From positions 1 through 64,000 of the IMG/VR virus record IMGVR_UViG_3300033067_000833: 64,000 nucleotides of DNA. One strand, given 5' to 3'. Source of the DNA: a virus. Lineage: Duplodnaviria; Caudoviricetes. Position numbers and translations under genes: made by a program. Positions 10,120-19,350 of this stretch are shown here, one piece after another; the first letter of the stretch is position 1, and each line of letters begins with the position of its first letter. The notes under the pieces were generated by a model. That model made no database searches, had not been told where the DNA came from, and was given only the letters and a program-made list of their open reading frames with translations.

Positions 10120-10689
10120 TCAGACGTTGGCTTGTGCCACTTGCTGGCTCCGGTACTGGGCTGCCAGCGCGTCACGCTGCAGCCGGTCTTCATAGCGGCG
10201 ACGGTTATCTTCCAAGGCCCGGCGCTTGCGCTCGTCCAGTGCGGCCTTGTGAACGGCAAACTCGCTGGCCGGCGGCGTCCACTCCGGATCGCTCAGGGAG
10301 TCCAGGTAGAACCAGGCTCCGCCCGATCCGATCGTGTTGCCGGCGTTTTTCAGTTCGTTGGGATGGCGAATCCACTGGGCGCCGTTCATCGGGAACGGAG
10401 CGGCGTCGATCACCAGCAGGTCCACGCGGCCCGGTGACAGCCGGCGGTACACGTCGGCCGGGCGGTACTCGACCTCGGCCGGGATGCCGGGGCGGGCCTC
10501 GGTGCGGGCCAGCCGGGACACCCAGCCCACGCGAGAACCGAGCTTCGGCGTCGGCTGCAACGCCTTCATATCCTCGGCGATCTTCTTCAGCACGCCCGCG
10601 CATTGCGGGTCGATGGGGATCTCATTGGCGGCCGGCTTGGGCAATTCCTGCTGAGTCGGCTTGGCCGGTTTCTTTTCTTCGTCTGCCAT
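10120..10689 (-). CDS. hypothetical protein
   Basis: ORF between terminase and portal with consistent codon usage. Confidence 0.6.
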   Translation of the reverse strand: MADEEKKPAKPTQQELPKPAANEIPIDPQCAGVLKKIAEDMKALQPTPKLGSRVGWVSRLARTEARPGIPAEVEYRPADVYRRLSPGRVDLLVIDAAPFPMNGAQWIRHPNELKNAGNTIGSGGAWFYLDSLSDPEWTPPASEFAVHKAALDERKRRALEDNRRRYEDRLQRDALAAQYRSQQVAQANV

Positions 10690-10716
10690 GATCGTGGTTT
10701 CCTATGGTTTAGGGTG

Positions 10717-12471
10717 TTACGCGGCCGAGAGTCCCGGCCCCAAGTGAACGGTCTGCTGCTTTTGCTCGAACTCGGACAGGTACGCTTTGAGGAACGGCGG
10801 CAACTCGGAGGCCGGGGCTTGCGCATCGCCGACGTGGTACGCTTGGCCAGCCTCCATCAGCGGCCAGACGTAGCCGACTGCGTATTCCAGGCTTGCCATT
10901 AGGTCATGCACGCGCGGGTTGGCAGGTTCGTCAAGGATGATCTCGCCGCCCATCGCCGTGCGCGTCACCTTTTTTCGGTAGGACCGGAACTCGTTCTTCG
11001 TCTCCACGATGTCCTGGTCGAGGAACAAAAGCAGCGGCAAGCCATCGACGATCGAGTTCAACATCATCCGGACGTAGCGTTGCCGGATCGCCGGCTTGGC
11101 GAGTCCCGGCATGAAGTCGTGGCCCGTGGTTCGGCTCTTGAGCCCGTGGCGGGCAAACCCGGCGGCGGCGGCCTGCATCGTCGTCCGGCCTTCCAGGACG
11201 CCCGTCTTGCGGGCGCCCATGAGGTCCATGATGAACGCTTCGTAGGGGAACTTCATCTTCTCCGCAAGCAGCGCGGCCAGTTCGTCCGCGTCTTTCCGCT
11301 TGGCCGTGAGTTCCCATTCCACGATCATGCGATGCTGCATCTGAATCCCCATCCACTCCTTGGGCGTCACGACAACGGAATGGATTCCGGTGCGCGTGTG
11401 ACTGGGGTCGATGGACAGGTATCGCGTCCATTCCGCGGGCAAGTGCCCGTCCTTGGCGTACAGGTACGGCAGCAACTCCATTTCAGTGCGCGGCGATTCG
11501 ATCTGCTGCCCTTCTTCTTTCTCGATCAAATGGACGGCGACGTTAAAGTCGTACATCTGGTAGGGCGTGCGTTGGACCTCGCCGCGATCACGGAGGGCAA
11601 TTTCCTCCTCGGAGCCCATGCGGGCCATCGCATGCCGCTTCGCCTTGCCGCTCACGTAGGGATTCTTCGAGGCGATGATCTGGAAGCTGCTGATCTGGGG
11701 CTCCGGGTCGTCCCGGCAGGCTTCCGCGCGGTCGAGCATGTCGGCGATCGCGTTGTTTTTGGCTTGGGGTGCGGCGTCCCACATGAACCAGCCGTCTCGC
11801 GTGTACAAGCGGTCTTGCCATTCCGCGATGAACTCCGGGTTGATGATGTCCTCGTTGATCCAAATCCCGTCCACGGCGTCACCCATTCCAGGGCTGCGGC
11901 CGGACGACGGAAACGCATAGATCGTGGCGCCGTTGGTCAGCGTCAGCGAACGGAACTCATGCTTGGCCTCGGACTCCCAGGCCCATTTCTCGATCAGCCG
12001 CGACGGGATCACCGGCTCGGCCAGGGTGCTTGCATCACGGCGAGTCTCGTCCATCGGGTCGGCAGGATTGAACATCCGCCATTGCCCGCTGTTCAGGTCG
12101 CGGATCACCCGCAAACTGCCCCGCATACCGGGAGAGAACAGCAGGCGGTAAATCGTCTTTCCGATGTGCGTCACGTCCAGCCCGATAATCCAGTACGTGC
12201 GCGGATCTTCCGGCGTGCTGACGGGATACTTCAGCGGAATCGGGCCGTCCGGACCCATGATCGAAACACCCAACACGCGGCTGCCGAACTCATTGGCGGC
12301 GCACACGCTCTTGCCGGCCTGCTTGCCGCCGAACACGATGATTTCCGGACTCTTGCACAGGTGGACCGGCATCTGGTAGATGCTGGGGCGGTAGACGACC
12401 AGGCTCTCCCGAGACGCCTTGTCGATCGCCTCAGCCATGAGCGCTTGCAGTCTGTCGCCGCTCGACATCAT
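10717..12471 (-). CDS. terL: terminase large subunit
   Basis: Walker A GGKQAGKS, Walker B-like WINED, nuclease motifs YLSIDPS and HDLMASLEY. Confidence 0.9.
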   Translation of the reverse strand: MMSSGDRLQALMAEAIDKASRESLVVYRPSIYQMPVHLCKSPEIIVFGGKQAGKSVCAANEFGSRVLGVSIMGPDGPIPLKYPVSTPEDPRTYWIIGLDVTHIGKTIYRLLFSPGMRGSLRVIRDLNSGQWRMFNPADPMDETRRDASTLAEPVIPSRLIEKWAWESEAKHEFRSLTLTNGATIYAFPSSGRSPGMGDAVDGIWINEDIINPEFIAEWQDRLYTRDGWFMWDAAPQAKNNAIADMLDRAEACRDDPEPQISSFQIIASKNPYVSGKAKRHAMARMGSEEEIALRDRGEVQRTPYQMYDFNVAVHLIEKEEGQQIESPRTEMELLPYLYAKDGHLPAEWTRYLSIDPSHTRTGIHSVVVTPKEWMGIQMQHRMIVEWELTAKRKDADELAALLAEKMKFPYEAFIMDLMGARKTGVLEGRTTMQAAAAGFARHGLKSRTTGHDFMPGLAKPAIRQRYVRMMLNSIVDGLPLLLFLDQDIVETKNEFRSYRKKVTRTAMGGEIILDEPANPRVHDLMASLEYAVGYVWPLMEAGQAYHVGDAQAPASELPPFLKAYLSEFEQKQQTVHLGPGLSAA

Positions 12472-13277
12472 GGCTTCACCGTGGGGGCTGGTGGAACGGT
12501 CGAAATCTTCGCCGCCCCGGGCTGCGGAATCGGAGTGGCCAGCATCCGGTCAAACTTCTCGATGATCACGTCCATGTCGTCGCCGCGCATGGCGGCGGCT
12601 TCGACCAACTCGATCATCCGCTGCATGGACTCGGCGACCGCGGCATCACGCATGTAGGACGCCAGGGCGATGGCCTGCTGCTCTTTCATCTGCTCCAGGG
12701 TCAGCTTCTGGAATCCGGCGACCTCGCGTTCCTTGGCAGCTTCCAGGAACTTGGCCGCGTCCATGTACATCTTGGCCGCGACGTTGACGTTCTTGTGCTC
12801 CGTCATGGCCCGGTCGTGAACCGTCTTGAGCAACTGCGCCCACTTCGTGCCGAACGTGGTCTCCCCGCCGAACTCCGCGATGAATGCCTTGCGGGTCGCG
12901 TTCAGTTCGATCGCGCCTTCCTGCTGCCCTTCCGCCCGGCCCGCGGCGTCGATCTTGCGGGTCAGGATTTCCTTGACGACGCACAGCAGGGCCTCGGTCT
13001 TGCGGGATCGTTCCTCCAGATCGTAGCAGTCACGGCACAGCCGCTTCCCGCGGTAGTGCAGGATGTTGGCGGCCGGGAATGGCTGGTTGCAGCCTCCGCA
13101 CAGGACCGGCATCTTGACCTTGCTGTACTGCAGGTTGACCGGGTCGATTCCCGGCGGGAGACCCGCGATTTCGATCTTGGGTGCATCAGCCATCGGAGTT
13201 GGCCTCCGTGGCTTCGGGCTTCTTTTTGCGGGCGTACCAGACGGACGAATTTTCGACGAGGTTCGTCGGTTCGGCAT
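12468..13277 (-). CDS. possible terminase small subunit (CxxC...CxxC plus helical domain)
   Basis: Immediately upstream of and overlapping terL; CGGC...CRDC zinc ribbon. Confidence 0.4.
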   Translation of the reverse strand: MPNRRTSSKIRPSGTPAKRSPKPRRPTPMADAPKIEIAGLPPGIDPVNLQYSKVKMPVLCGGCNQPFPAANILHYRGKRLCRDCYDLEERSRKTEALLCVVKEILTRKIDAAGRAEGQQEGAIELNATRKAFIAEFGGETTFGTKWAQLLKTVHDRAMTEHKNVNVAAKMYMDAAKFLEAAKEREVAGFQKLTLEQMKEQQAIALASYMRDAAVAESMQRMIELVEAAAMRGDDMDVIIEKFDRMLATPIPQPGAAKISTVPPAPTVKP

Positions 13278-14799
13278 CGGTAAACAACAGGGACTTCACG
13301 ATTGCCGCAGCGTTGGCGTTCGTCGTGATTCCGATGCCGGCGACCATCGCACCGGGCTTCAAGTGCGGAAGCCATCGGTGCAACGTCTCAATGTCTGCAT
13401 CAACGTCTCCGGGGTTTTTTGGATGCCCGACCCACAGCAGGTCCAGTTCCTGGTTGTCGAAGTCGACCGGGTCCGGATCGACCTCGGGGCAAACCGCGAG
13501 TTCGCCCAGCCCGGCCGACGCCATGTTCTTCGCGTAGGCATCCCGGTTGATGCCCTGCGCCGAGGCGAACGTCGAAAACTTCTCCCGCATCCATGCGGCT
13601 TGCAGGATCACGGCCAGGTTGTCGCCCAGCCCGACGTTCAACGCCAGGATGCGGGGGCTGAACGACTCGATCGACTCGACCAGCTTGGTGATCGCCGCAG
13701 CATCCTGTTCGGTCAGCGGCCAGCGTTCGTCTGTCGTAACCATCTGCCCGCCCACGTTGCGATGAACAATGGGGCAATCGGCAAACCCGTAATCGGAGTC
13801 CGACACAGTTGACTCCGGTTCTCGCAGCGGGGCGGGTTCAGATGGAGGGACAGTGCTCACCTCACTGGGCGGTGGCAGCGGCTGGGTGTGCATCGGCGGC
13901 CCGCCGACAGTCACCCTGCTCGCCAGCCTTGCATTCGCCGGAATCTCCGGGTTGATGTCGAGAAGCATATCGCCGGCATTGTGGCCGTCCATCACGGCCT
14001 GCCGGAAATCTTCGGAGATCGCTTCCACCGGCATGATCGTCGGGCGCCCCACGACCTTCGTCTTGTGGTGATAGGCCCACGAGTCGCAAGTCGCAAAGCA
14101 GATGTTGTCACCCCCTTTCTGTTGCCAGCGCAGGGACGCATTTCGCGTGAACACCACGTCCTCAGTCGAGTTCTTGTGTGCGTGCTCCTCGTCGAACTCG
14201 TAGTAGAAGTACGGTTTCTGCATGCCGTCCAAGACGCCCACGGAAAGCAGGCAGCACCCTGTCGGAAGGGCTGCCACCCGGTGAATGCCGCGCATCAGGG
14301 CCGCTTCGTGCCGGCTAATGAGGCGGAGTTTGTAGCCGGGCTTGTCCACGCCCGACTCGTTGTTCTCCCACTGGAACAGGTACGGGACTTCGCCACCGCT
14401 GATTTCTCCAGGAGTCGGCGGCGGCCCGCAGTACGGCGCGGCCACGATGGTCTGCTTGCCGATCTTCAGTCGGTCGTAGGCCAGATTGAAAGCCTCGTCC
14501 CAGAACGGCTTGGCGGTCGGGTCGCGACCAAGATCCCCATCCGGTTCGTTGTCGGAGTCCAGCATGAGCAGGAAATCGAACCCACCGTCGCGGGCGGCGG
14601 CCAGCGCCTGATTCCTGGTCATGGTGATGGGAGTGTCGCAAAGCACCAGCGTACCCACACGCCCGATCCGGGGATCGGCTTTCATCTTGTGCAGCGTCTC
14701 TCCCCACCAATCCACCAGCTGGGGAATCGTGGAAGCAACGCCGCCGTTGCCACTGTACGCAAAGAGAACCCGAAGAACGTCTACCTTGGCAGGGACCAT
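13186..14799 (-). CDS. GT-A-like glycosyltransferase fused to a SAM-methyltransferase-like domain
   Basis: RNQALAAARDGGFDFLLMLDSD (DxD), TGCCLL, TEDVVF, DSWAYHHK; after a Pro-rich linker, ILALNVGLG and DLLWVG...WLPHLKPGAMVAG. Confidence 0.7.
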   Translation of the reverse strand: MVPAKVDVLRVLFAYSGNGGVASTIPQLVDWWGETLHKMKADPRIGRVGTLVLCDTPITMTRNQALAAARDGGFDFLLMLDSDNEPDGDLGRDPTAKPFWDEAFNLAYDRLKIGKQTIVAAPYCGPPPTPGEISGGEVPYLFQWENNESGVDKPGYKLRLISRHEAALMRGIHRVAALPTGCCLLSVGVLDGMQKPYFYYEFDEEHAHKNSTEDVVFTRNASLRWQQKGGDNICFATCDSWAYHHKTKVVGRPTIMPVEAISEDFRQAVMDGHNAGDMLLDINPEIPANARLASRVTVGGPPMHTQPLPPPSEVSTVPPSEPAPLREPESTVSDSDYGFADCPIVHRNVGGQMVTTDERWPLTEQDAAAITKLVESIESFSPRILALNVGLGDNLAVILQAAWMREKFSTFASAQGINRDAYAKNMASAGLGELAVCPEVDPDPVDFDNQELDLLWVGHPKNPGDVDADIETLHRWLPHLKPGAMVAGIGITTNANAAAIVKSLLFTDAEPTNLVENSSVWYARKKKPEATEANSDG

Positions 14800-14837
14800 C
14801 GTGCAGCCTCGCTAACATGGTTTGAAGCGGGACGAAC

Positions 14838-15056
14838 TTACTTCGAGAAGCAGTACATCGAAAACGACATCGAGTACCGCAAATGCTTGATGGCGGTGGT
14901 CTGATCCGCGCTCCCGTTCGTGTAGCGCATGATGTCAACCGCGGCGGACTTCAGGGACTCCCGGATCGCCCGAAACCGCTCGCGGTGCTCGGGGGGAACC
15001 AGGGAATCGTGCTTTTGCCCGAACCAATCGTCGATGTTGTGCTGAGCCACCGCCAT
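14838..15056 (-). CDS. Acb2/Tad1-like helical-hairpin small protein
   Basis: IDDWF..H...RFRAIRESLKSAAVDI...GSADQTTAIKHLR..M matches the recalled family pattern. Confidence 0.55.
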   Translation of the reverse strand: MAVAQHNIDDWFGQKHDSLVPPEHRERFRAIRESLKSAAVDIMRYTNGSADQTTAIKHLRYSMSFSMYCFSK

Positions 15057-15065
15057 GTGAAAACC

Positions 15066-15112
15066 CCGCCGCCGGGCGCCTCCGAGGTGAAGCGGAGCGC
15101 GCCCGGCGGTTC
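15066..15112 (-). terminator. GC hairpin / possible terminator after the capsid genes
   Basis: CCGCCGGGCGC...GCGCCCGGCGG inverted repeat followed by TTTT on the minus strand. Confidence 0.4.
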
Positions 15113-15129
15113 CTTCAAGGGAACTCGGA

Positions 15130-15750
15130 TCAAGGCAACCGGATGTTCGCCAGCATGTCCTTGTTGGTTTCCCCGGCGGTGCGACCGGACACGGCCCAGC
15201 CGATGTTGTTGAGAATCCGCGGCGACATCGTCGTCGTGTCCGACGTGACCGCGTAGGAGTACACGCGGCCGGACGTGGTGGCGTTGGTCGTCGCGGCGGT
15301 CAAAGCCAGCAGGCGGTCGCCGGCCGTGACAGCGTTGGCATCCAGCGAGCCCTTGACCAGTGTGGGGCCGTCGTAGACGATCCAGAACAGATCGCCCACA
15401 GCCACGCCCGCGGCCGGCAGGAACTCATCGACGACGCCCGCGACTTCCGCATCGTCCACGGCGACGTTGCCGTCAACCCGCTTGAACTGGTAGCCGCTGG
15501 CATACGTCACGACGAACTTGGGCAGCAGGTTCAACGAACCCGCGCTGGCGTTGCGAACCAGCCGGCACTTGACCGGACGGCCCGACCGCTTGGTGAGCAC
15601 CTGGCCCCGCGTCGTCGGCGGCGCCACGTCCTCGAAGATCGCTTCCAACCCCTCGATGTCAACCGTCTCCTTCCAGTACGTGCTGGTCGGGACGTTGCCA
15701 CCGTAGTATGTTTGACCACGCTTGATCGGCGTGTTCACGTTACCGTACAT
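15130..15750 (-). CDS. capsid decoration / cement-like protein
   Basis: Directly after the capsid gene; beta-rich VAGVVDEFLP...DLFWIVYDGP pattern. Confidence 0.55.
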   Translation of the reverse strand: MYGNVNTPIKRGQTYYGGNVPTSTYWKETVDIEGLEAIFEDVAPPTTRGQVLTKRSGRPVKCRLVRNASAGSLNLLPKFVVTYASGYQFKRVDGNVAVDDAEVAGVVDEFLPAAGVAVGDLFWIVYDGPTLVKGSLDANAVTAGDRLLALTAATTNATTSGRVYSYAVTSDTTTMSPRILNNIGWAVSGRTAGETNKDMLANIRLP

Positions 15751-15815
15751 GTTTCAACCTCGTTTCGTGAAATTTCGTGTCGAAAAAACCGGAATCACCC
15801 CATCGCCGTCAGCGA

Positions 15816-16967
15816 TCACGCCGTGGCGTAGGGGTACAGCTTCGCGATGTTGGCGAAACTCTTGAACCGGAAGTTGCCGTAGGTGAACAACGCCCAGATG
15901 CTGCTGAACGCCATCTGCGGGATTTCGATCGGGCCGCGGCTGGCGAACAGGTTTCCGTCCGGCAGGGCCGTCACGAGGACGATCTTGCTGGTGGACATCA
16001 TGTAGCAGGTGCTGACCGGACAGTAGAAGTCCGGGTAGATCGTCAGCCCGTCGAGGTTGACCGCCCCGCGGTAGCCCGGCAAGCCGATGTCCACCGTCGA
16101 AGGCGTTTCCTGGACCAACCGCGTCTTGGCTTCCTGGCTTTCCCGGAGACCCTGGAAAGACCACGAATCGCACGCGCACAGATCGGGAGCCCCGTCTCCG
16201 CCGCGGAGTTGCGTCAACCAGACCTGAGCCTGGCTGATGGCCCGGAACAAGTTGACCTTGTGGCTGTTGCTGCCGGTGCCCCAGGACGTACTGCCGGTGT
16301 TGACCAGCAGCGGTGACGTGCAGTCGTAGCTGTCGTCACCGGACCCGTCCGGCCAGTCGTTGGCCAACGAGGCATTGTTGGGCGTGCCGAGGTCGGCCGA
16401 CCAGTAGCCGCCGTTGGTGGCCAGCACCGTGGACTGGGTGCCGTAGGTGCCGCTCGGGGCAGCGATCTTGTCGGCGACCACCACCGTCCCGGCGCCCAGG
16501 CCCGTCTCGATGCCGTGGTAACGGTTGGTTCGCCCGGTCGATTCGCCGGACAACCACACGTCGCCCATGAACATCTTCATCATGGCCTTGCGGAGGTCGG
16601 TGCCTTTGTCGTTCACCATCTTCCGCAGCGCGTTGGGGCCGCTGTTGATCCACTGATCCATCAGCGACATGGATTCGGTGGTTTCCATCGCCCGCAAACC
16701 CGTCCGCATCTGGATCTCGGTCTGCGTGGGCTGGAAGCTCAGGCCGCCGTGGTTCGACATCGGGCGGACCTCGGGCAAGCGGACCTTCAGCTTCCAAATC
16801 GACTCGGCGCACCCCGGCTCCTTGGCAATGCCGCCCTGCTGGGACAGCCGCGGGTACAGGAACCCGGTGCGCATCGTCATGTCTTCGACGGCCCGGATCC
16901 AGTTCGGCAGTTGGTTGATCTGGATGTCATACGCGACATCCGCCAACGTCAGAGGAATCGCTGTCAT
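15816..16967 (-). CDS. major capsid protein
   Basis: 383 aa between scaffold and decoration gene; HK97-like size and composition. Confidence 0.8.
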   Translation of the reverse strand: MTAIPLTLADVAYDIQINQLPNWIRAVEDMTMRTGFLYPRLSQQGGIAKEPGCAESIWKLKVRLPEVRPMSNHGGLSFQPTQTEIQMRTGLRAMETTESMSLMDQWINSGPNALRKMVNDKGTDLRKAMMKMFMGDVWLSGESTGRTNRYHGIETGLGAGTVVVADKIAAPSGTYGTQSTVLATNGGYWSADLGTPNNASLANDWPDGSGDDSYDCTSPLLVNTGSTSWGTGSNSHKVNLFRAISQAQVWLTQLRGGDGAPDLCACDSWSFQGLRESQEAKTRLVQETPSTVDIGLPGYRGAVNLDGLTIYPDFYCPVSTCYMMSTSKIVLVTALPDGNLFASRGPIEIPQMAFSSIWALFTYGNFRFKSFANIAKLYPYATA

Positions 16968-17048
16968 GGAGAACCTCTAAGTGGCTGCCGAACTCGGTTA
17001 GACGACAGGCGAAAGAAACAGGAAACAAGGAAACGGTGTTGCGGTTCG

Positions 17049-18326
17049 TCAGCCTTGTGTCGGCTTGAGGAACCAGCTGTTCAGGTCGGCCTCGGTCACG
17101 GGGCGCGACTGGATGTCTTGGGGCGTGGTGCCCACTTGCGGAACGTGCGTGGCCCGGGCGGCGGCGGCCTGCTGCAGGAAGGACGCCTTCTGCTGCTCGG
17201 ACAGTTGGTTCGGAGAGACGATCGTGCCGTCGGGCGCCCGGATCTGCATGGTCGTCACCGGCATGACGCGGTAGTTGGTGCCGGGAATGAATCCCTCGGC
17301 GGCGGCCGGCGACTGACCAGCGGTCGGCGCCCCGGGTGGTTGAGCGACCACGCCGGGGCTCGCCGCTGCGACAGGAAGTTGTGCGGGGGCAGCGGGCGGC
17401 TGTCCGGCGGCCGGCGGCGGCCCCACCAGAGCCTCGGCCTGCTGCATGATCCAGAGCGGGTCTTGGACGCCCTGTGCCCGGTATGCCTCCACGGTACGGA
17501 TGATTTGTTGGCCCCACGGCGTGAGCGTGCGCTGTCCGCGAAGGTCCATTTGGTACAGGTGCGGAGTCAGCCGGGCTTCCAGGGCTTCCACCTGCTGGTC
17601 GTAGCGGTACTGGGCGATCTCCTGCTGCATCTGCTCGCGGATCGCCTGACGCGCTTGCTCAAGCTCGGGGGCCACGACTTGCTTCACCAGGTCCGGGAAC
17701 TGCGACAACATGCGGTCGGCGGTCTTGTTGCGCGCCAGCATGTACTGCCGCTTGGCAGCCTGCATGGCCGGGTCGTCCGGGAACTGGTCCCACGCCGGGT
17801 CGTACTGCGGCATGTCCCACTTGAAGCCCTCGGGGGCAGCGGCGGGCGGCGTCTGGGCGGCCGGCGACGGCTGCTGCATCCCGTACTGGGCCTGCATCTG
17901 CTGGAACATCAACCGATTGGCCTCGATTTCCCGGTTCATCTCCTGGACCGTGGCCCACATCGTGTTGACCAGATCCGCCCCGTCCTTGAACCGGCCAACG
18001 TCGATCCCCAGCTGCTGGGCGGCGGCCAGGGCGTCGGAGACCTGCTGCTGCGTCGGCTGCGGAGTGGCGGGCGCGGGCGCCGCCGCGGGCACGACCGGAG
18101 CGGCCGGAGGCGTCACGGCGGCCGGCGTCGGCGTCTCGACCGGCTGGTAGGCCGGAGGAATGGAGAGCGGAGGCACTGCGACCGGCGGAGCCATCACTGG
18201 GACGGCGGCCGGCGTCGGCGTTTGAACGGGCACTGCGGGGGGAGTCGCGGCGGGTGGCGGAGTTGCCGGCGCAGGGGCACTCGGCTGAAGAAAGAAAGCG
18301 TCGATGTTGGATGGTAGGTCCGCCAT
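17049..18326 (-). CDS. capsid scaffolding-like protein
   Basis: Pro/Ala/Gln-rich with central coiled coil, upstream of the capsid gene; probable start MADLPSNIDAFF. Confidence 0.65.
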   Translation of the reverse strand: MADLPSNIDAFFLQPSAPAPATPPPAATPPAVPVQTPTPAAVPVMAPPVAVPPLSIPPAYQPVETPTPAAVTPPAAPVVPAAAPAPATPQPTQQQVSDALAAAQQLGIDVGRFKDGADLVNTMWATVQEMNREIEANRLMFQQMQAQYGMQQPSPAAQTPPAAAPEGFKWDMPQYDPAWDQFPDDPAMQAAKRQYMLARNKTADRMLSQFPDLVKQVVAPELEQARQAIREQMQQEIAQYRYDQQVEALEARLTPHLYQMDLRGQRTLTPWGQQIIRTVEAYRAQGVQDPLWIMQQAEALVGPPPAAGQPPAAPAQLPVAAASPGVVAQPPGAPTAGQSPAAAEGFIPGTNYRVMPVTTMQIRAPDGTIVSPNQLSEQQKASFLQQAAAARATHVPQVGTTPQDIQSRPVTEADLNSWFLKPTQG

Positions 18327-18389
18327 AACTTCCCCTCGCATGGTTTGCGCGTGAACTTCGGACATCGAATTCGTCTGTACACTGCAACC

Positions 18390-18506
18390 ATACGGATTTA
18401 ATAGTCTCGCCCGCAAATCTCGTTAATGGACTTGTATCTGAGTTGGACAAATTAGTATTATCTTTAGGAGTTTCTGACGCGCGACTCTTGACAGGAGGTT
18501 GCACGC
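18390..18506. promoter_or_regulatory. AT-rich divergent promoter region (late operon vs HTH operon)
   Basis: Locally AT-rich intergenic gap between divergent genes; AGGAGG RBS before 18507. Confidence 0.55.
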
Positions 18507-18743
18507 ATGCCGTCAGTTGAGATCCCGGCCGATCCGATCAACGACCTGATCCCGCTTTCTGAGTTTCGCAAACTGTTCAAACGCCCCGTGTCCAAGCAGA
18601 CCATTTACTATTGGCGCACGCGCGGGGTGATGAACCGAGAAACAGGCAAGCGAATCAAGCTGCCCACCGTGCGCACACCGCAAGGGCAAGCCACTTCCAA
18701 GGCGCTCTACGCCGCGTTCATACGCGAGTTGAATTCTGACTGA
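18507..18743 (+). CDS. DUF1580-like winged-HTH / excisionase-like protein
   Basis: LIPLSEF...VSKQTIYYWRTRGV...IKLPTVRTPQGQATS pattern. Confidence 0.7.
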   Translation: MPSVEIPADPINDLIPLSEFRKLFKRPVSKQTIYYWRTRGVMNRETGKRIKLPTVRTPQGQATSKALYAAFIRELNSD

Positions 18744-19350
18744 ATTACGCTTGACGAAATTAACTCGCAAGATAAGATTGCTGTAGCCAAGCAATCGGAG
18801 ATTCATCAAGTGACCACGCACTGCGACAACGAGCGCACAAACTACGCGGCAGCCGTCTAGTGGCTCTAGCCGGTGCAAGGGCCGATCCGGGAATTTCATG
18901 TGGTTTCTCCACGCGAATCTCCGCCCGGTGAGGCCCTGCCGCTTTTGAGAAACGCCATGCCAAATTCACCAGCCCCTGAACCCTGGCGAGGCCCATCGCA
19001 GATCGAGTCCCATCGCAACGACAGATCGAGGGGCCGGGCCAGCTTCTACGACGCGAACCGCATGTTGGTCGGGTTCACAATCATCCGTGAGGTTGAGAAG
19101 GACGGGTCAAAGCACAACTGGTCCTACGGGGCCAAGCGCAGGAGAGACAGGATCGTCGCGTGCGTGAACACCTGCCAAGGCATCCCGGACGACATGTTGT
19201 CCAGGGAAGGGATCCTGGCCCTGGCAATCCAGCTGATGCGGCGGGCCTGCGATTTCGGCGATCTGCACTTGCAGACGCTGCCCGACCGAATCGCAGCCAA
19301 CATGACGGACTTGTACTACGGGACGATTCTGAACAAGGAAAGGATCAGCC

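Noticed and set aside
16515-18317. Long plus-strand ORFs opposite real genes (also 10906-12657, 5935-7044, 6107-6988, 53528-54967)
   Set aside because: Shadow frames of GC-rich minus-strand genes; Arg/Gly-rich with no domain motifs.
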